A stretch of 63,855 bases of DNA, filler included, from 4 parts of 4 records of this genome joined end to end with filler, not necessarily neighbours in it; one strand, 5' to 3'; counted from the first letter of the whole stretch, positions 9,837 to 20,272 are shown. Numbers and translations are program-made. Notes: generated by a model not told the origin, from the letters alone.

Positions 9837-10751
9837 TTACTTTTCTTCCTTGATCTTGTGGGCCTCGATGAGAGCATCTGTCAGAGCTTTCATGTTGGCT
9901 TCGATGCCATGTTCAAAATCATCGGGGGTGTATGCCCCGCCAGTGAGGTGGGAAAGGTGACGGATGCGGATTCCTGTTTCCATATGGATGGTGTCCACGT
10001 ATTTGTCCGGGAAGTGCATTTCAGTGAAGATAACATCTACATTGAGGGCCTTAATTTTCTTGATGGTCTTGGCTAACTGATTGGCCGTTGGTTTGAGGCC
10101 GTGGTTGGGTTCGATGACTGCTGTGACCTGAAGGCTGAAATCCTGCAGAAGGTAGTCATAACCGCCGTGGATGGTGGCGCATCGGAATTCAACGTCCGGC
10201 AGGTCGGCAATGCGTTGCATGTATTTGGCTTTGACCTTACGCAGTTTACGGACGTATTTGCGGGCGTTTTTCTTGTAGAATTTAGCGTTGTCAGGATCAA
10301 TCTCAGCTAGCTCTGAAGCAATTGTGTAAATCTGCTGGATAGAGGTGGTCACCGAGATAAAGGTGTGCGGATTGACGATTTTCAGGTCGTCCATGTTTCC
10401 GGCAACCGGGATGAGGGAGACGTCCTTATTGGCGAAGATGACCGGAATTTTTCCCTTCATCTGGGCCGCCCCAAGAATTTCCATAGCGAATTCATCATGG
10501 CCGATGCCGTTCACTACCAGCACATCCAGATTCATAACTTGCTTTATGTCTTCGGGTTGGGGCCGGTAGTTGTGTGGGTTGAACCCTTCACCGATAAGAG
10601 GCTGCACAATGGCCCGGTCTTTTACGATATTGGTAACAAAACTGTAGTAGGGATGCAGGGTTGTACCGATAACAAGTTTCTTGGCATGTGCTTGAGCTGA
10701 GAAAGCGATAACCAGTAATGTGGCCAGTATAAAAATTTTAATGCGTGACAT
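9837..10751 (-). CDS. Metal ABC substrate-binding protein (cluster A-I, FpvC-like)
   Basis: Signal peptide; IG.TLHPYYS, FNPH.Y.P, NG.GHD, NPHTF, H.GYDY, EP.HG metal-ligand motifs. Confidence 0.88.
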   Translation of the reverse strand: MSRIKIFILATLLVIAFSAQAHAKKLVIGTTLHPYYSFVTNIVKDRAIVQPLIGEGFNPHNYRPQPEDIKQVMNLDVLVVNGIGHDEFAMEILGAAQMKGKIPVIFANKDVSLIPVAGNMDDLKIVNPHTFISVTTSIQQIYTIASELAEIDPDNAKFYKKNARKYVRKLRKVKAKYMQRIADLPDVEFRCATIHGGYDYLLQDFSLQVTAVIEPNHGLKPTANQLAKTIKKIKALNVDVIFTEMHFPDKYVDTIHMETGIRIRHLSHLTGGAYTPDDFEHGIEANMKALTDALIEAHKIKEEK

Positions 10752-10754
10752 GAT

Positions 10755-11384
10755 TTATCCTTTTATTCTTTTAACTTCGTCTTTCCCGCTGTAGGCGATG
10801 ACTTCTTTCCAGCCAGCGGATATGAAACCCTGATCGGTTGCGATTTGCGGGGCGGGTTTATTGGCAGAGGGGTGGTACCAGATTTCGTAAGGGGCGTGGC
10901 TCGGCTCGGTTCGGGCACTACCATGTCTTTGTGTATGGTCATGAAGAAATAGCAGGATAAAGGAACCTGTTTCATCTTGACTGGGGTGTCCAGTATACAG
11001 GGCAATATCCATTGAGCCTGCAGGACGCAGGGTTCGTTCCCAGTTGAACCTACCGTTTTTCTTCCAAGATGCGTCTTTGGTGAAGGGTGGCATCAGCTCT
11101 TCTTCGAGCTGGGCCACGGTCAGCCATTCTTCTTCCTCATTGTGGATTTCATTAATTTCCACCGCAGCCGTGTATAGGCCGTTGAAAAGTGCCAATTCTT
11201 TTTCGTTGAGGTGGGAAAAGGCCCTGATCTGGAAGTCCGCTAAGTCAGCGATTTGTGACTGCTTCTGATTGGTATAAATGAGTGTGGCGCAGGTTACGCT
11301 TACGAGTAAGGCTGCAAGCAGGACGTACATGCTTTCCTTGCCTTTGCCCGAAGATAAAACCAATTGTCGGGATGATTTATTCAT
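10755..11384 (-). CDS. Membrane-anchored accessory protein (DUF6162/FpvK-like)
   Basis: N-terminal TM helix after G..E..YVLL. First gene of the ABC operon. Start set at MNKSS, which has an RBS. Confidence 0.6.
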   Translation of the reverse strand: MNKSSRQLVLSSGKGKESMYVLLAALLVSVTCATLIYTNQKQSQIADLADFQIRAFSHLNEKELALFNGLYTAAVEINEIHNEEEEWLTVAQLEEELMPPFTKDASWKKNGRFNWERTLRPAGSMDIALYTGHPSQDETGSFILLFLHDHTQRHGSARTEPSHAPYEIWYHPSANKPAPQIATDQGFISAGWKEVIAYSGKDEVKRIKG

Positions 11385-11407
11385 ATGATTCCTATTTATT
11401 TGATAGT

Positions 11408-11426
11408 GGAGATGAAAATCATTATC
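11408..11426 (-). promoter_or_regulatory. Fur-family box upstream of the metal ABC operon
   Basis: Minus strand GATAATGATTTTCATCTCC matches 14/19 of the Fur consensus GATAATGATAATCATTATC, about 24 bp upstream of the start. Confidence 0.7.
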
Positions 11427-11485
11427 GTTAAGTGGCGAGCACGTCAAGAGAGGAACTCGATTATGATCTGTGTAGATAGGGGCAC

Positions 11486-11516
11486 AAAAAAGCCGTCAGG
11501 TATTGACCCGACGGCT
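11486..11516 (-). terminator. Terminator after the alpha/beta hydrolase
   Basis: AGCCGTC...GACGGCT stem with A-tract on the + strand (U-tract on -). Confidence 0.7.
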
Positions 11517-11574
11517 CGTAATATGGTCTGAATGATTATAAATGTGAGAGATAAATGCCTTGTATAGCTCTAAT

Positions 11575-12504
11575 TTAATTGTTGTTTTTGAGAATTGTTT
11601 TTATTGTTTTATCCAGAGCTTTATTAAATTCGTCAGGGCGGGCCAGCATAAGGAAGTGTGCAGCTCCCTTCAACGTTATTGCGTTGAAGGAACTCATGTG
11701 TCTGCGGTTTGCTTCATAATTAATGGGCCATAATTCACCACTTACGCAATAAACAGGTTGGCGCACCTCGTCAAAAATTGAAGCAGCTTCACCTGTTACA
11801 TATTGATCGAAATAAGCATGGTTGGCACTCAGTGCGACTTCTGGCGGGGCGGAAGACATATCAGCAACTACCCATTCTCGGATGCGCTGTGAAGTAGAAT
11901 TTGAAAACATAGTATTCACAACTTTTCTGCTTCCGGAGGGAAAATCTTTTTCAAGCGGGGCAAGGAATGCGCGTTTCCCTTTTTCATCAAGTGGATATTC
12001 GATGTTTTCAAACGTATCTATACCCACCAATGCGACAACTTTATTCGGGATCATTCGTGCGGTTTCAGCTATGACAGGACCGCCCATGGAATGTCCGATC
12101 AAGATTGCTTTTTTAGCATTGATAGCATTGATTACTGCTGCAACGTCTTCGCCAAATGATTTCATTGTGTAGTTCGAACGCTTAGCAGAAGAGTGTCCAT
12201 GCCCGGCGAGGTCAACGAGAACCACTTTATATTTTTTTGAGAAAAAGGGAGTTTGCATTCTCCAGTATCTGCTATCGCAACACCAACCATGTACAAAGAT
12301 GAGAGGGAGTTCCCCTTTGCCGTATATTTCATAAGAAATTGTACTTCCATCTTTCGAGGTAGTTGTTAACGGTAAATCAGTGTCTGCTTGAACATTTTCC
12401 GTGCTGATACTGAGCAAGACGAGGCTGATTAAAATTACTGATAATAGCTTGAGGGAAGAAGGTGTGGGAATTTTTCTTAAATTTCTTTGCTGTGATTTCA
12501 TCAT
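11575..12504 (-). CDS. Secreted alpha/beta-fold hydrolase
   Basis: FVHGW, DLAGHG.S, GHSMGG nucleophile elbow, C-terminal His (AAHF); signal peptide. Confidence 0.85.
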   Translation of the reverse strand: MMKSQQRNLRKIPTPSSLKLLSVILISLVLLSISTENVQADTDLPLTTTSKDGSTISYEIYGKGELPLIFVHGWCCDSRYWRMQTPFFSKKYKVVLVDLAGHGHSSAKRSNYTMKSFGEDVAAVINAINAKKAILIGHSMGGPVIAETARMIPNKVVALVGIDTFENIEYPLDEKGKRAFLAPLEKDFPSGSRKVVNTMFSNSTSQRIREWVVADMSSAPPEVALSANHAYFDQYVTGEAASIFDEVRQPVYCVSGELWPINYEANRRHMSSFNAITLKGAAHFLMLARPDEFNKALDKTIKTILKNNN

Positions 12505-12606
12505 GACCTCATTTGTATGCAGTCTTGTTGTGATTGTGTCTGTGATATTTTGTATATTTTGTTTTTGAGACGGTCAAGAATCCAGCGTCCTTACATAAAA
12601 GAACAT

Positions 12607-12639
12607 AAAAAAGCCGCTGGGTGTTAACCCAGCGGCTTT
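12607..12639 (-). terminator. pnp terminator
   Basis: AAAGCCGCTGGG-loop-CCCAGCGGCTTT. Confidence 0.8.
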
Positions 12640-12662
12640 GAATATACTTATCTGAACAGGGA

Positions 12663-14903
12663 TTACCTGCGGCGTCTGTCGTCACGGCGTCCGCCACCGC
12701 GTCTGTCGTCACGGCGACCGCCATCACGTCCGCCTCTGGGACCACCGGGGCGTCCGCCGCCCATCTTGAATTTTTCAAGATCGACTTCCTGTCCGGCCTG
12801 CTCCATGAGCCATGCCTTACGGGAAAGACGGATACGTCCGTTAGGCTGTACTTCAACAACCTTGACAGTGATTTCCTGACCGAGCTGTACAACATCGGTA
12901 ACTTCAGCGATGCGTTCAACGTCAATCTGGGAGATGTGCAGCAGGCCTTCAAGACCGGGCAGGATTTCAACAATCGCACCGATTTCGAGGATCTTCTTAA
13001 CGGTACCCACGTAGTTTTTACCCAGTTCTGCGGTCTGGTCGTAGTACTGAACCATTTCCACAGTTTTCTTGAGGGACTCAAGGGTGGGCGCGAAGATAGA
13101 AACTTTACCGGAATCTTCGATGTCGATGTCGGCTGCAGTTTCAGCAGTAATTGCCTTGATGTTTTTACCGCCGGGTCCGATGAGATCACGGATCTTCTCG
13201 GGGTTGATCTGCAGTACTTCCATCTGGGGAGCGTTAACAGAAAGTTCAGCTCTGGGTGCGTCAATCACCTGTTTCATATCATCAAGGATGATCTGGCGAG
13301 CTTCTTTAGCCTGACCAAGTGCGTTGCGCAGAACTTCTGCGGGGATACCGCTGATTTTGATATCCATCTGAATTGCGGTGATACCTTCTTCGGTACCGGC
13401 AACTTTGAAGTCCATATCGCCGAGAGCATCTTCGTCGCCGAGGATGTCGGTGAGAACATAGTACTCATCGCCTTCCTGGCAGAGACCCATGGCGATACCT
13501 GCAACAGGCGCGCTGATGGGAACACCTGCGTCCATGAGGGACAGGGTGGTGCCGCATACGGAAGCCATGGAGGAAGAACCGTTGGAGTCCATTACTTCGG
13601 AAACAACACGCATGGTGAAGGGGAACTTCTCTGCAGCGGGCAGTACCGGGGTAAGGGCGCGTTCAGCGAGTGTTCCGTGGCCGATTTCACGGCGGGAAGG
13701 TGCGCGCAGGAATCTTGCTTCACCAACGCAGTACGGAGGGAAGTTGTAGTGCAGCATGAAACGCTTGGTGTCTTCACCGATCAGGGTTTCAAAACGCTGC
13801 TCATCACGGGTGGAGCCCAGTGTGCAGACAGCGAGAGCAGAAGTCTCACCGCGGCGGAACAGAGCGGAACCGTGGGTCATGGGCAGGCTGCCCACTTCCA
13901 TGGAAAGATTACGTACAGTGGTCAGGTCACGTCCGTCGATACGAACACCCTTGTCCACAATGCGCTTACGCACGATTTTCTTTTCAAGGTCACCCATTAC
14001 ATCGCCGACAGCCTTAACTCTTTCAGGCTCTTCGGGGAATTTTTCTTCAACCAGAGCTTTGGCCTTGGCTTTAACTTCAGACTTGGCATCCTTACGTTCC
14101 ATCTTGGCGGGAATAGTCAGGGCCTTGTCGAGTTCGTCGGAAAAGTTTTCGGTAACGAGGGTGATAACTTCTTCGTCTTTTACAGGCTCAGCTACTTCCA
14201 TTTTGGGACGGCCGACTTTTTCGCGCAGTGCGTCCTGCAGGTCGAACATAGGAGCCATCTGCTCGTGACCCCATTCCAGTGCTTCTGCAATGGTGTTCTC
14301 GGAAAGGAACTGGGAGCTACCTTCAACCATAATTACAGCGTCGCGGGTAGCGGCGAAGACGAGGTTGAGGTCAGACTGCTCAGCAACACCTTTGTAGGTG
14401 GGGTAAAGTACGAATTCGTTGTTCACGAGGCCAACACGGGCAGCAGCAACAGGACCGTTGAAAGGCAGGTCGGAGATGTGCAGGGCTGCAGATGCACCGG
14501 TCATTGCCAGAACATCGGGGTTGGTGTCGGTGTCAGCGGAAAGAACGGTTGCGATAACCTGAACTTCATCACGGTATGCTTTGGGGAACATGGGGCGGAT
14601 GGGGCGGTCCATGAGACGGGAAACCAGAGTTTCACGGTCGGAAGGACGGCCAACTTCGCGGCGGAAGTAACCACCGGGGATGCGACCCGCAGCGTAGGTT
14701 CTTTCAAGATAGTTACAAGTCAGCGGAAAAAAATCGCGCGGACCGTCAGCGGGCATACCTACGGCAGTAACGAGAACAACAGTGCCGCCGGACTTGATCA
14801 GTACGGTTCCGTTGGTCTGGTTAGCCATACGTCCGGTTTCCAGTGTGATGTCGAGATTACCGACATGACCGGTTACGGAAGTGGGTTCAAAAGGTACTAA
14901 CAT
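12663..14903 (-). CDS. pnp: Polyribonucleotide nucleotidyltransferase
   Basis: DFFPLT, AGRIPGG, RREIGHG.LA, SNGSSSMASVC, GDMDFKVAG, KH and S1 domains. Confidence 0.98.
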   Translation of the reverse strand: MLVPFEPTSVTGHVGNLDITLETGRMANQTNGTVLIKSGGTVVLVTAVGMPADGPRDFFPLTCNYLERTYAAGRIPGGYFRREVGRPSDRETLVSRLMDRPIRPMFPKAYRDEVQVIATVLSADTDTNPDVLAMTGASAALHISDLPFNGPVAAARVGLVNNEFVLYPTYKGVAEQSDLNLVFAATRDAVIMVEGSSQFLSENTIAEALEWGHEQMAPMFDLQDALREKVGRPKMEVAEPVKDEEVITLVTENFSDELDKALTIPAKMERKDAKSEVKAKAKALVEEKFPEEPERVKAVGDVMGDLEKKIVRKRIVDKGVRIDGRDLTTVRNLSMEVGSLPMTHGSALFRRGETSALAVCTLGSTRDEQRFETLIGEDTKRFMLHYNFPPYCVGEARFLRAPSRREIGHGTLAERALTPVLPAAEKFPFTMRVVSEVMDSNGSSSMASVCGTTLSLMDAGVPISAPVAGIAMGLCQEGDEYYVLTDILGDEDALGDMDFKVAGTEEGITAIQMDIKISGIPAEVLRNALGQAKEARQIILDDMKQVIDAPRAELSVNAPQMEVLQINPEKIRDLIGPGGKNIKAITAETAADIDIEDSGKVSIFAPTLESLKKTVEMVQYYDQTAELGKNYVGTVKKILEIGAIVEILPGLEGLLHISQIDVERIAEVTDVVQLGQEITVKVVEVQPNGRIRLSRKAWLMEQAGQEVDLEKFKMGGGRPGGPRGGRDGGRRDDRRGGGRRDDRRRR

Positions 14904-14934
14904 TTAGATTCCTCACTAAATAAGTTGTAATGAC

Positions 14935-15043
14935 GGAACCCGGTGCTGTCCGGATTTTCCAGCCGGCTAAGGGAGGATTTCATATCGGGGATGAACCCCT
15001 TCCTCAGCCAACTAAAAATCCATTGCAGGAGAGCACGGATTCC
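14935..15043 (-). promoter_or_regulatory. Long hairpin in the pnp leader (putative RNase III / autoregulation site)
   Basis: Nested inverted repeats over about 110 nt; several + strand A/C mismatches become G-U pairs on the mRNA strand. Confidence 0.55.
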
Positions 15044-15116
15044 TCTGTTCATTCAAATCTAACTACCATCTATATGATGGCAAGCAAGATGAAAATACAA
15101 ATGTGTGTTTATTTAT

Positions 15117-15144
15117 AAAAAAAGGGGAGGGTAAACCCTCCCCC
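15117..15144 (-). terminator. rpsO terminator
   Basis: GGGGAGGG-TAAA-CCCTCCCC stem with A-tract. Confidence 0.85.
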
Positions 15145-15152
15145 GAAACTGC

Positions 15153-15422
15153 TTATTTGCGCAGACCAAGTCTTGCGATAAGATCGCGGTAACGCTGAAT
15201 GTCTTTGGACTTCAGGTATTTCAGGATGTTTCTGCGCTGGCCGACCATTTTCAGCAGGCCGGTGCGGGAGTGGAAATCCTTTTTGTGGCTCTTGAAGTGG
15301 TCGGTCAGGTACTTGATTCTTGCGGTAAGAAGAGCAACCTGTACTTCAGGGGAACCGGTGTCACCAGGCTTGGTCTGGTATTCTTCAATAACTTTTGCCT
15401 TGTCTTCAGCAGTCATAACCAT
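15153..15422 (-). CDS. rpsO: 30S ribosomal protein S15
   Basis: [18 protein letters not shown]...[18 protein letters not shown]. Confidence 0.98.
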   Translation of the reverse strand: MVMTAEDKAKVIEEYQTKPGDTGSPEVQVALLTARIKYLTDHFKSHKKDFHSRTGLLKMVGQRRNILKYLKSKDIQRYRDLIARLGLRK

Positions 15423-15494
15423 AGCGTTATCCTCCAATTCACGGCTAACCGTGAATGTTTAGTTTGTGCTGGAAGTAGAAATTCCCGCGGGGAA

Positions 15495-16427
15495 TCAGCC
15501 CCACAGGCCGCGAAGAATTACCCAGAGAAGCTTGCCGTCGATCTGCTTCGTCTCCATCAGAGCCAGAGCGGTTCCATCAGGTTCAAGGAGCATAGCCCTT
15601 TCGCCTTCGATGATTTCCTGATCTGCAGCAATATCCCCGACAGGGATTCTTGTTCCGTTCTTGATGGCTTTGGACATGTTTTCCGAGACGGTAAACTTGT
15701 GCCAATGAGGCAGGGCATCCGCTAAGGGAATAATCCGTGCCTCGAACCCTTCAGGATCGGCAAGAACCTCATCGAGGTTATGCGCTTCGCTAAGTCGGTA
15801 AGGCCGACTTTCTTCACGCCTAAGTGATTCCATTACCGCGCCACATCCGAGCCGCGACCCCAAGCTATGGACCAGGGAGCGAATATAGGTGCCGGCAGAG
15901 CACCCAACCCGGAAACGGGCCAGTGGCAGACTCACTTCCAGCGGTTCTGCATCAAATATTTCTATGCTCTTGATTTTGACCGGGGTTTCCTCCCCTTTTC
16001 TGGCCAATTCATAGAGCGGTTTGCCTTTATGCTTTGCAGCCGAATAGGCAGGAACTTCCTGACTAGTCAAGTCATTCCAGTGTAAAATTTCGTTTTCCAC
16101 CATTTTTTCCGTAATTTCGGAAATGTCCCCGGTGGATGTTTCTGTACCCTGAATGTCGTAAGTGTCTGTAGTTCTACCTATACTCAAACTGCCAGTGTAT
16201 ACTTTATCATGTCCAAGCAGATAAGGCCCGAGTTTTGTGGCCTGACCCAGCATGACAAGCAGTACTCCCTCTGCCAAGGGATCAAGAGTACCGGCATGGC
16301 CGATCTTGTACTGCTTCAGTTCGCGTTTGATGGAATTGAGGCAATCAGTAGAAGTCGGGCCGGATGGCTTGTGTAGCACCAGAACGCCATGCTTCTGAAA
16401 AGGGCTTTTTTTAGGTTTTCTTCCCAT
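15495..16427 (-). CDS. truB: tRNA pseudouridine(55) synthase
   Basis: KIGHAGTLDPLAEG, Q..PAYSA.K..GKPLY.LAR, CSAGTYIRSL. Confidence 0.96.
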   Translation of the reverse strand: MGRKPKKSPFQKHGVLVLHKPSGPTSTDCLNSIKRELKQYKIGHAGTLDPLAEGVLLVMLGQATKLGPYLLGHDKVYTGSLSIGRTTDTYDIQGTETSTGDISEITEKMVENEILHWNDLTSQEVPAYSAAKHKGKPLYELARKGEETPVKIKSIEIFDAEPLEVSLPLARFRVGCSAGTYIRSLVHSLGSRLGCGAVMESLRREESRPYRLSEAHNLDEVLADPEGFEARIIPLADALPHWHKFTVSENMSKAIKNGTRIPVGDIAADQEIIEGERAMLLEPDGTALALMETKQIDGKLLWVILRGLWG

Positions 16428-16440
16428 ATTCTAAAAACTT

Positions 16441-17406
16441 TTAACTCATTACTTTATCACCGATAGCAGCGATAAGGCGCTCGCGTACGGTGTCAGGGGT
16501 GTTTTCGATAAGTCCGCCGCTGGCGTTCTTGTGACCTCCGCCTCCGAAGAGTGAAGCCACAACCTGTACGTTGTCGCGGGACTGGGAGCGCAGGCTGAAT
16601 TTATAGCGCATGGGGCTGTCTTCACGGATAAGCACGGCTACGCGTACTCCCTGAATGCGCAGGATAAAACTGACCAGCCCTTCACAATCGGGACCGGAAG
16701 CCCCGGCTTCGTCAAGCATTTCCTGAGGGATGAAGAGCATGGCGGTCTGCCCACCATGATGCATTTCAACTTTGCCGAGCGCGGTGGCCCAGAGGTTGAT
16801 ACGTTTCATGGTCCACTGGTTACGAATTTTGGGTACAAACTCGCCCAGATCAAGACCGTAGCGGATGATGTCCGCAATGATTTCAAGAGTCTCGGGCTTG
16901 GTGTTGTTGTAGGTGAAAAATCCGGTATCAGTGGCAATGGACAGGTAAATGGACTCTCCAAGTTTGCCGGAGAGGGAAATTTTAAGCTCTCTGGCGATGA
17001 GGGTGATCATTTCACCCACTGCCGGACGGTTTGTGTCCACCCAGTTTACAGCAGCGAAGCCGGAATTTCCCATGTGATGGTCAATGTTAATGGATTTTTC
17101 CTGGTCCATGGCATTCATGAGCGTTTCACCCATGCGGGGTGCGTCACCACAGTCGAGAATGATGTACCAGCCGTCAAATCCCTTGGGGATTTCAGTCAGG
17201 ATGGGGGAGGGAGTCTCGAACCAATCCATAGCTTTGGGCTTACCGCTCTGGTTGTAGAGACGATAACGTTTACCAAGCTTTTCAAGGATATAGCCCATTG
17301 CGGCGGTGGAGCCTAAGGCATCCCCGTCAGGATTGAAATGTGCTGCAACGAGAAAGTCGTCCTCTTCTTCAAGAATCCGACAGATCTCTTTTAGTCGAGC
17401 TTCCAT
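16441..17406 (-). CDS. nrnA: DHH/DHHA1 phosphoesterase (nanoRNase/pAp phosphatase)
   Basis: H.NPDGDALGS, NIDHH, TDTG.F, GGGGHKNASG; canonical position between rbfA and truB. Confidence 0.88.
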   Translation of the reverse strand: MEARLKEICRILEEEDDFLVAAHFNPDGDALGSTAAMGYILEKLGKRYRLYNQSGKPKAMDWFETPSPILTEIPKGFDGWYIILDCGDAPRMGETLMNAMDQEKSINIDHHMGNSGFAAVNWVDTNRPAVGEMITLIARELKISLSGKLGESIYLSIATDTGFFTYNNTKPETLEIIADIIRYGLDLGEFVPKIRNQWTMKRINLWATALGKVEMHHGGQTAMLFIPQEMLDEAGASGPDCEGLVSFILRIQGVRVAVLIREDSPMRYKFSLRSQSRDNVQVVASLFGGGGHKNASGGLIENTPDTVRERLIAAIGDKVMS

Positions 17407-17722
17407 AAACCATCTCCTCAAGGAAGTTGTCGTGCACGAACCTGAGTTCGGGAATTTGACGGACACGGATACGTTTGCTCAGTTTGCTGCGCATATAACC
17501 CTTGGCTTTGTCCAGAGCTTTGACCGCAGCAGCAATTTTATCCTTGTCCCCGGCCATGGTGAACATCACCTCGGCTATTTTGTTATCTTTATTCATACGC
17601 ACTCCGCTGATGGAAACCATCTCAAGGCGGGGGTCGCCAATCTCTTCAATGAGCATTGTCGCAATTTCGCGCATGATCTGGTCGCCCATTTTAACAGAGC
17701 GGCGTGATATAGAAGTCTTCAT
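17369..17722 (-). CDS. rbfA: Ribosome-binding factor A
   Basis: DPRL..V, R.IPELRF..D; follows infB. Confidence 0.93.
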   Translation of the reverse strand: MKTSISRRSVKMGDQIMREIATMLIEEIGDPRLEMVSISGVRMNKDNKIAEVMFTMAGDKDKIAAAVKALDKAKGYMRSKLSKRIRVRQIPELRFVHDNFLEEMVYGSSTKRDLSDS

Positions 17723-17760
17723 TTCTTAGTCCTCAAAAAAAGTTAACCTGACCATAAAGA

Positions 17761-18048
17761 TCAGGAACTGAAAATTTCTGTTTCGCAATGTATAAGCTCA
17801 GCCGGGGCCATCGCTTCGATCATTGCGAGTACTTTTGACAAGGTCGATTCGACCTTGCGAGTTTCGTTGGCGACGGTCACTGCAGCTAGTATCAGCCTTT
17901 CATGGGAGTCCATTGCTTCAACTTCTGATATCGATAGGTTGAATTTGTTTCGAAGCTTTTGCTTCAGGCTGAGGGATATCTTGCGTTTTCCCTTGAGAGA
18001 TCTATTTCCGTGCAGTCTGAATTCCAGTGACAGTACGCCGATTATCAT
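17761..18048 (-). CDS. DUF503 (YlxP-like) protein
   Basis: SLK.KR.....K.KL..KFN.S.SEV motif; conserved infB-rbfA position. Confidence 0.85.
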   Translation of the reverse strand: MIIGVLSLEFRLHGNRSLKGKRKISLSLKQKLRNKFNLSISEVEAMDSHERLILAAVTVANETRKVESTLSKVLAMIEAMAPAELIHCETEIFSS

Positions 18049-18095
18049 ATCTTTAAAAACAGGGACGGACCTTAAGTCCGTCCCTGATGTATTTA

Positions 18096-20172
18096 TTATT
18101 CGAGAGTTCTTGCTACTTCGACAACCTGGAAGGCTTCAATTACATCACCCTCTTTAATGTCGTTGTATTTTTCAAGACCGACACCACACTCGTAGCCCTT
18201 GGCCACTTCCTTGGCGTCATCCTTGAAGCGTTTCAGCGAAGTCAGCGCACCGGTGTAGATAACTACGCCGTCACGCAGCAGACGAACCTGAGCATGTCTG
18301 GTCAGCTTGCCATCGACCACGTAACAACCGGCGATGACACCGACTTTGGGAACGGAGAAGGTCTGTTTGACTTCTGCCTGACCGAGGTACTCTTCCTTGA
18401 TATCCGGGGAGAGCATGCCGCCCATAGCGTCTTTGATCTCGCCGACCAGCTTGTAGATGATGTCGTAGAAACGAATTTCCACTTCTTCTCGTTCTGCGAT
18501 TTCCTTGATCTTCACAGTCGGTCTTACGTTGAAGCCGATGATGATTGCCTGTGAAGCGGAAGCCAGCAGGATGTCGGATTCAGTGATCGCACCGGCACCG
18601 CCGTGGATAACGTCAACCTTGATCTCATCAGTAGCCAGTTTGGCAAGAGCTTCGTTAATAGCTTCAAGTGACCCCTGTACGTCAGCCTTGAGGACAACGT
18701 TGAGGGTCTGTGCATCCTGATCCGGTTTGGAAGCGAGGAAGGATTCAAGGGTAACCTTGGATTTTCCTGCCAGTTCGCGTTCACGGTGCTTGAGCTTACG
18801 TTCCTGCGCAATACGGCGGGCGACTTTGTCGTCAGCTACGCAGATAAACTCGTCACCGGCTTCGGGGATGCCGTCAAAACCCTGAATTTCAACCGGGAAG
18901 GCTGGACCAGCGGATTTGATTTTGCGACCACGGTCATCAAACATTGCGCGAACACGGCCATGGTAGAGACCGCAGACAAAGGGATCACCCTGGTTGATGG
19001 TACCTTCCTGAATGAGGACGGTTCCAACAGGACCACGGCCCTTGTCGAGTTTTGCTTCAACGATGTTACCGCGAGCACCCTTATCCGGGTTGGCTTTGAG
19101 TTCGAGAACTTCAGCCTGCAGCTGAACCATTTCGAGCAGGTTGTCGAGACCGGTTCTCTGTTTTGCTGAAACAGGAACGAACATGGTGTCGCCGCCCCAG
19201 TCTTCGGGAACGAGGTCGAACTCAGCAAGTTCACGCTGTACGCGTTCAGGATTGGCACCTTCTTTATCCATCTTGTTGACTGCAACAACGATGGGTACGC
19301 CGGCTGCCTTGGAGTGACTGATAGCTTCACGGGTCTGATCCATGACGCCGTCATCAGCAGCTACAACAAGGATAACAATATCGGTAACCTGTGCTCCGCG
19401 CATACGCATGGTGGTAAACGCTTCGTGACCGGGGGTATCGAGGAATACGATCTCACCGCGGTCGGTGGAAACGTGGTACGCACCAATGTGCTGAGTAATA
19501 CCACCTGCCTCGCCGTCGGTAACCGCACTGTGGCGGATAGCATCCAGCAGGGATGTTTTACCGTGGTCAACGTGACCCATGATGGTCACGATGGGCGGAC
19601 GGGGCTTAAGGTTTTCTTCTTTATCCACTTCGCTGGTCGGAATAAGCAGTTCTTCTTCGGAGTAAGATACGTTTTCAACTTCGTATTCAAACTCTGCGGC
19701 CAGCAGGGTCGTGGTATCAAGATCCAAAGACTGGTTAATAGTCGCCATTACACCGAGACCGAAAAGGGTCTTGATGAGTTCCTGAGCTTTAAGTCCCATC
19801 TGGTGGGCCATGTCGGAAAGGCGGATAGCTTCGTTGAACTTGATTTTACGTTTTGCAGCCTTGAGAGGTTTCTGAACAACAGGAGCCTGTTCAATACGGT
19901 TCTTACCTTTCTTGCCTCTTTTTTTGCCGCGAAACTTACTTTCAAGTTCTCTTTCGTGATCGTTCTTGCGGTGATCTTTACCGAATTCAACGACGCGTCT
20001 ATCTTTTTTGAATTTTTTCTTCTTGCTCTGATCATTGCCGGGAGCGGGAGCACCGGGAACGGGTCTACCGCCTCCTCCGCCGGGACGAGGACCACTGGGT
20101 CTGCCTCCGCCGGGACCGCCGGGACGACCTCCGCCGGGACCGCCGGGACGACCACCACCGGGTCTACCGCCA
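18096..20172 (-). CDS. infB: Translation initiation factor IF-2, 5'-truncated by the contig end
   Basis: [26 protein letters not shown]. The frame stays open upstream of the called Met, through Lys/Gly/Arg/Pro-rich sequence toward the gap. Confidence 0.97.
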
Positions 20173-20272
20173 NNNNNNNNNNNNNNNNNNNNNNNNNNNN
20201 NNNNNNNNNNNNNNNNTTAATTAATTAANNNNNNNNNNNNNNNNNNNNNNNNNNNNNNNNNNNNNNNNNNNN
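20173..20272. other. Artificial contig spacer (N-run + TTAATTAATTAA)
   Basis: Stop-codon linker flanked by Ns; composition and taxonomy change across it. Confidence 0.98.

Noticed and set aside
11575-12504. AT-rich hydrolase as a mobile island
   Set aside because: There is a compositional shift, but no integrase, IS ends or flanking direct repeats were found.
12666-12760. Short direct repeats at the pnp 3' end
   Set aside because: They encode a low-complexity RRDDRRGGG tail common in PNPases; this is not a repeat element.
12936-14900. 654-aa ORF antisense to pnp, and similar shadow ORFs over infB, nrnA and the NRPS
   Set aside because: These are codon-bias shadows of real genes on the opposite strand, with no protein motifs.
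19748-20172. Possible frameshift or short IF-2, and CCGCCGGGAC tandem repeats
   Set aside because: The infB frame is open upstream of the called Met. The repeats encode the ordinary Gly/Arg/Pro-rich IF-2 linker and explain the contig break.
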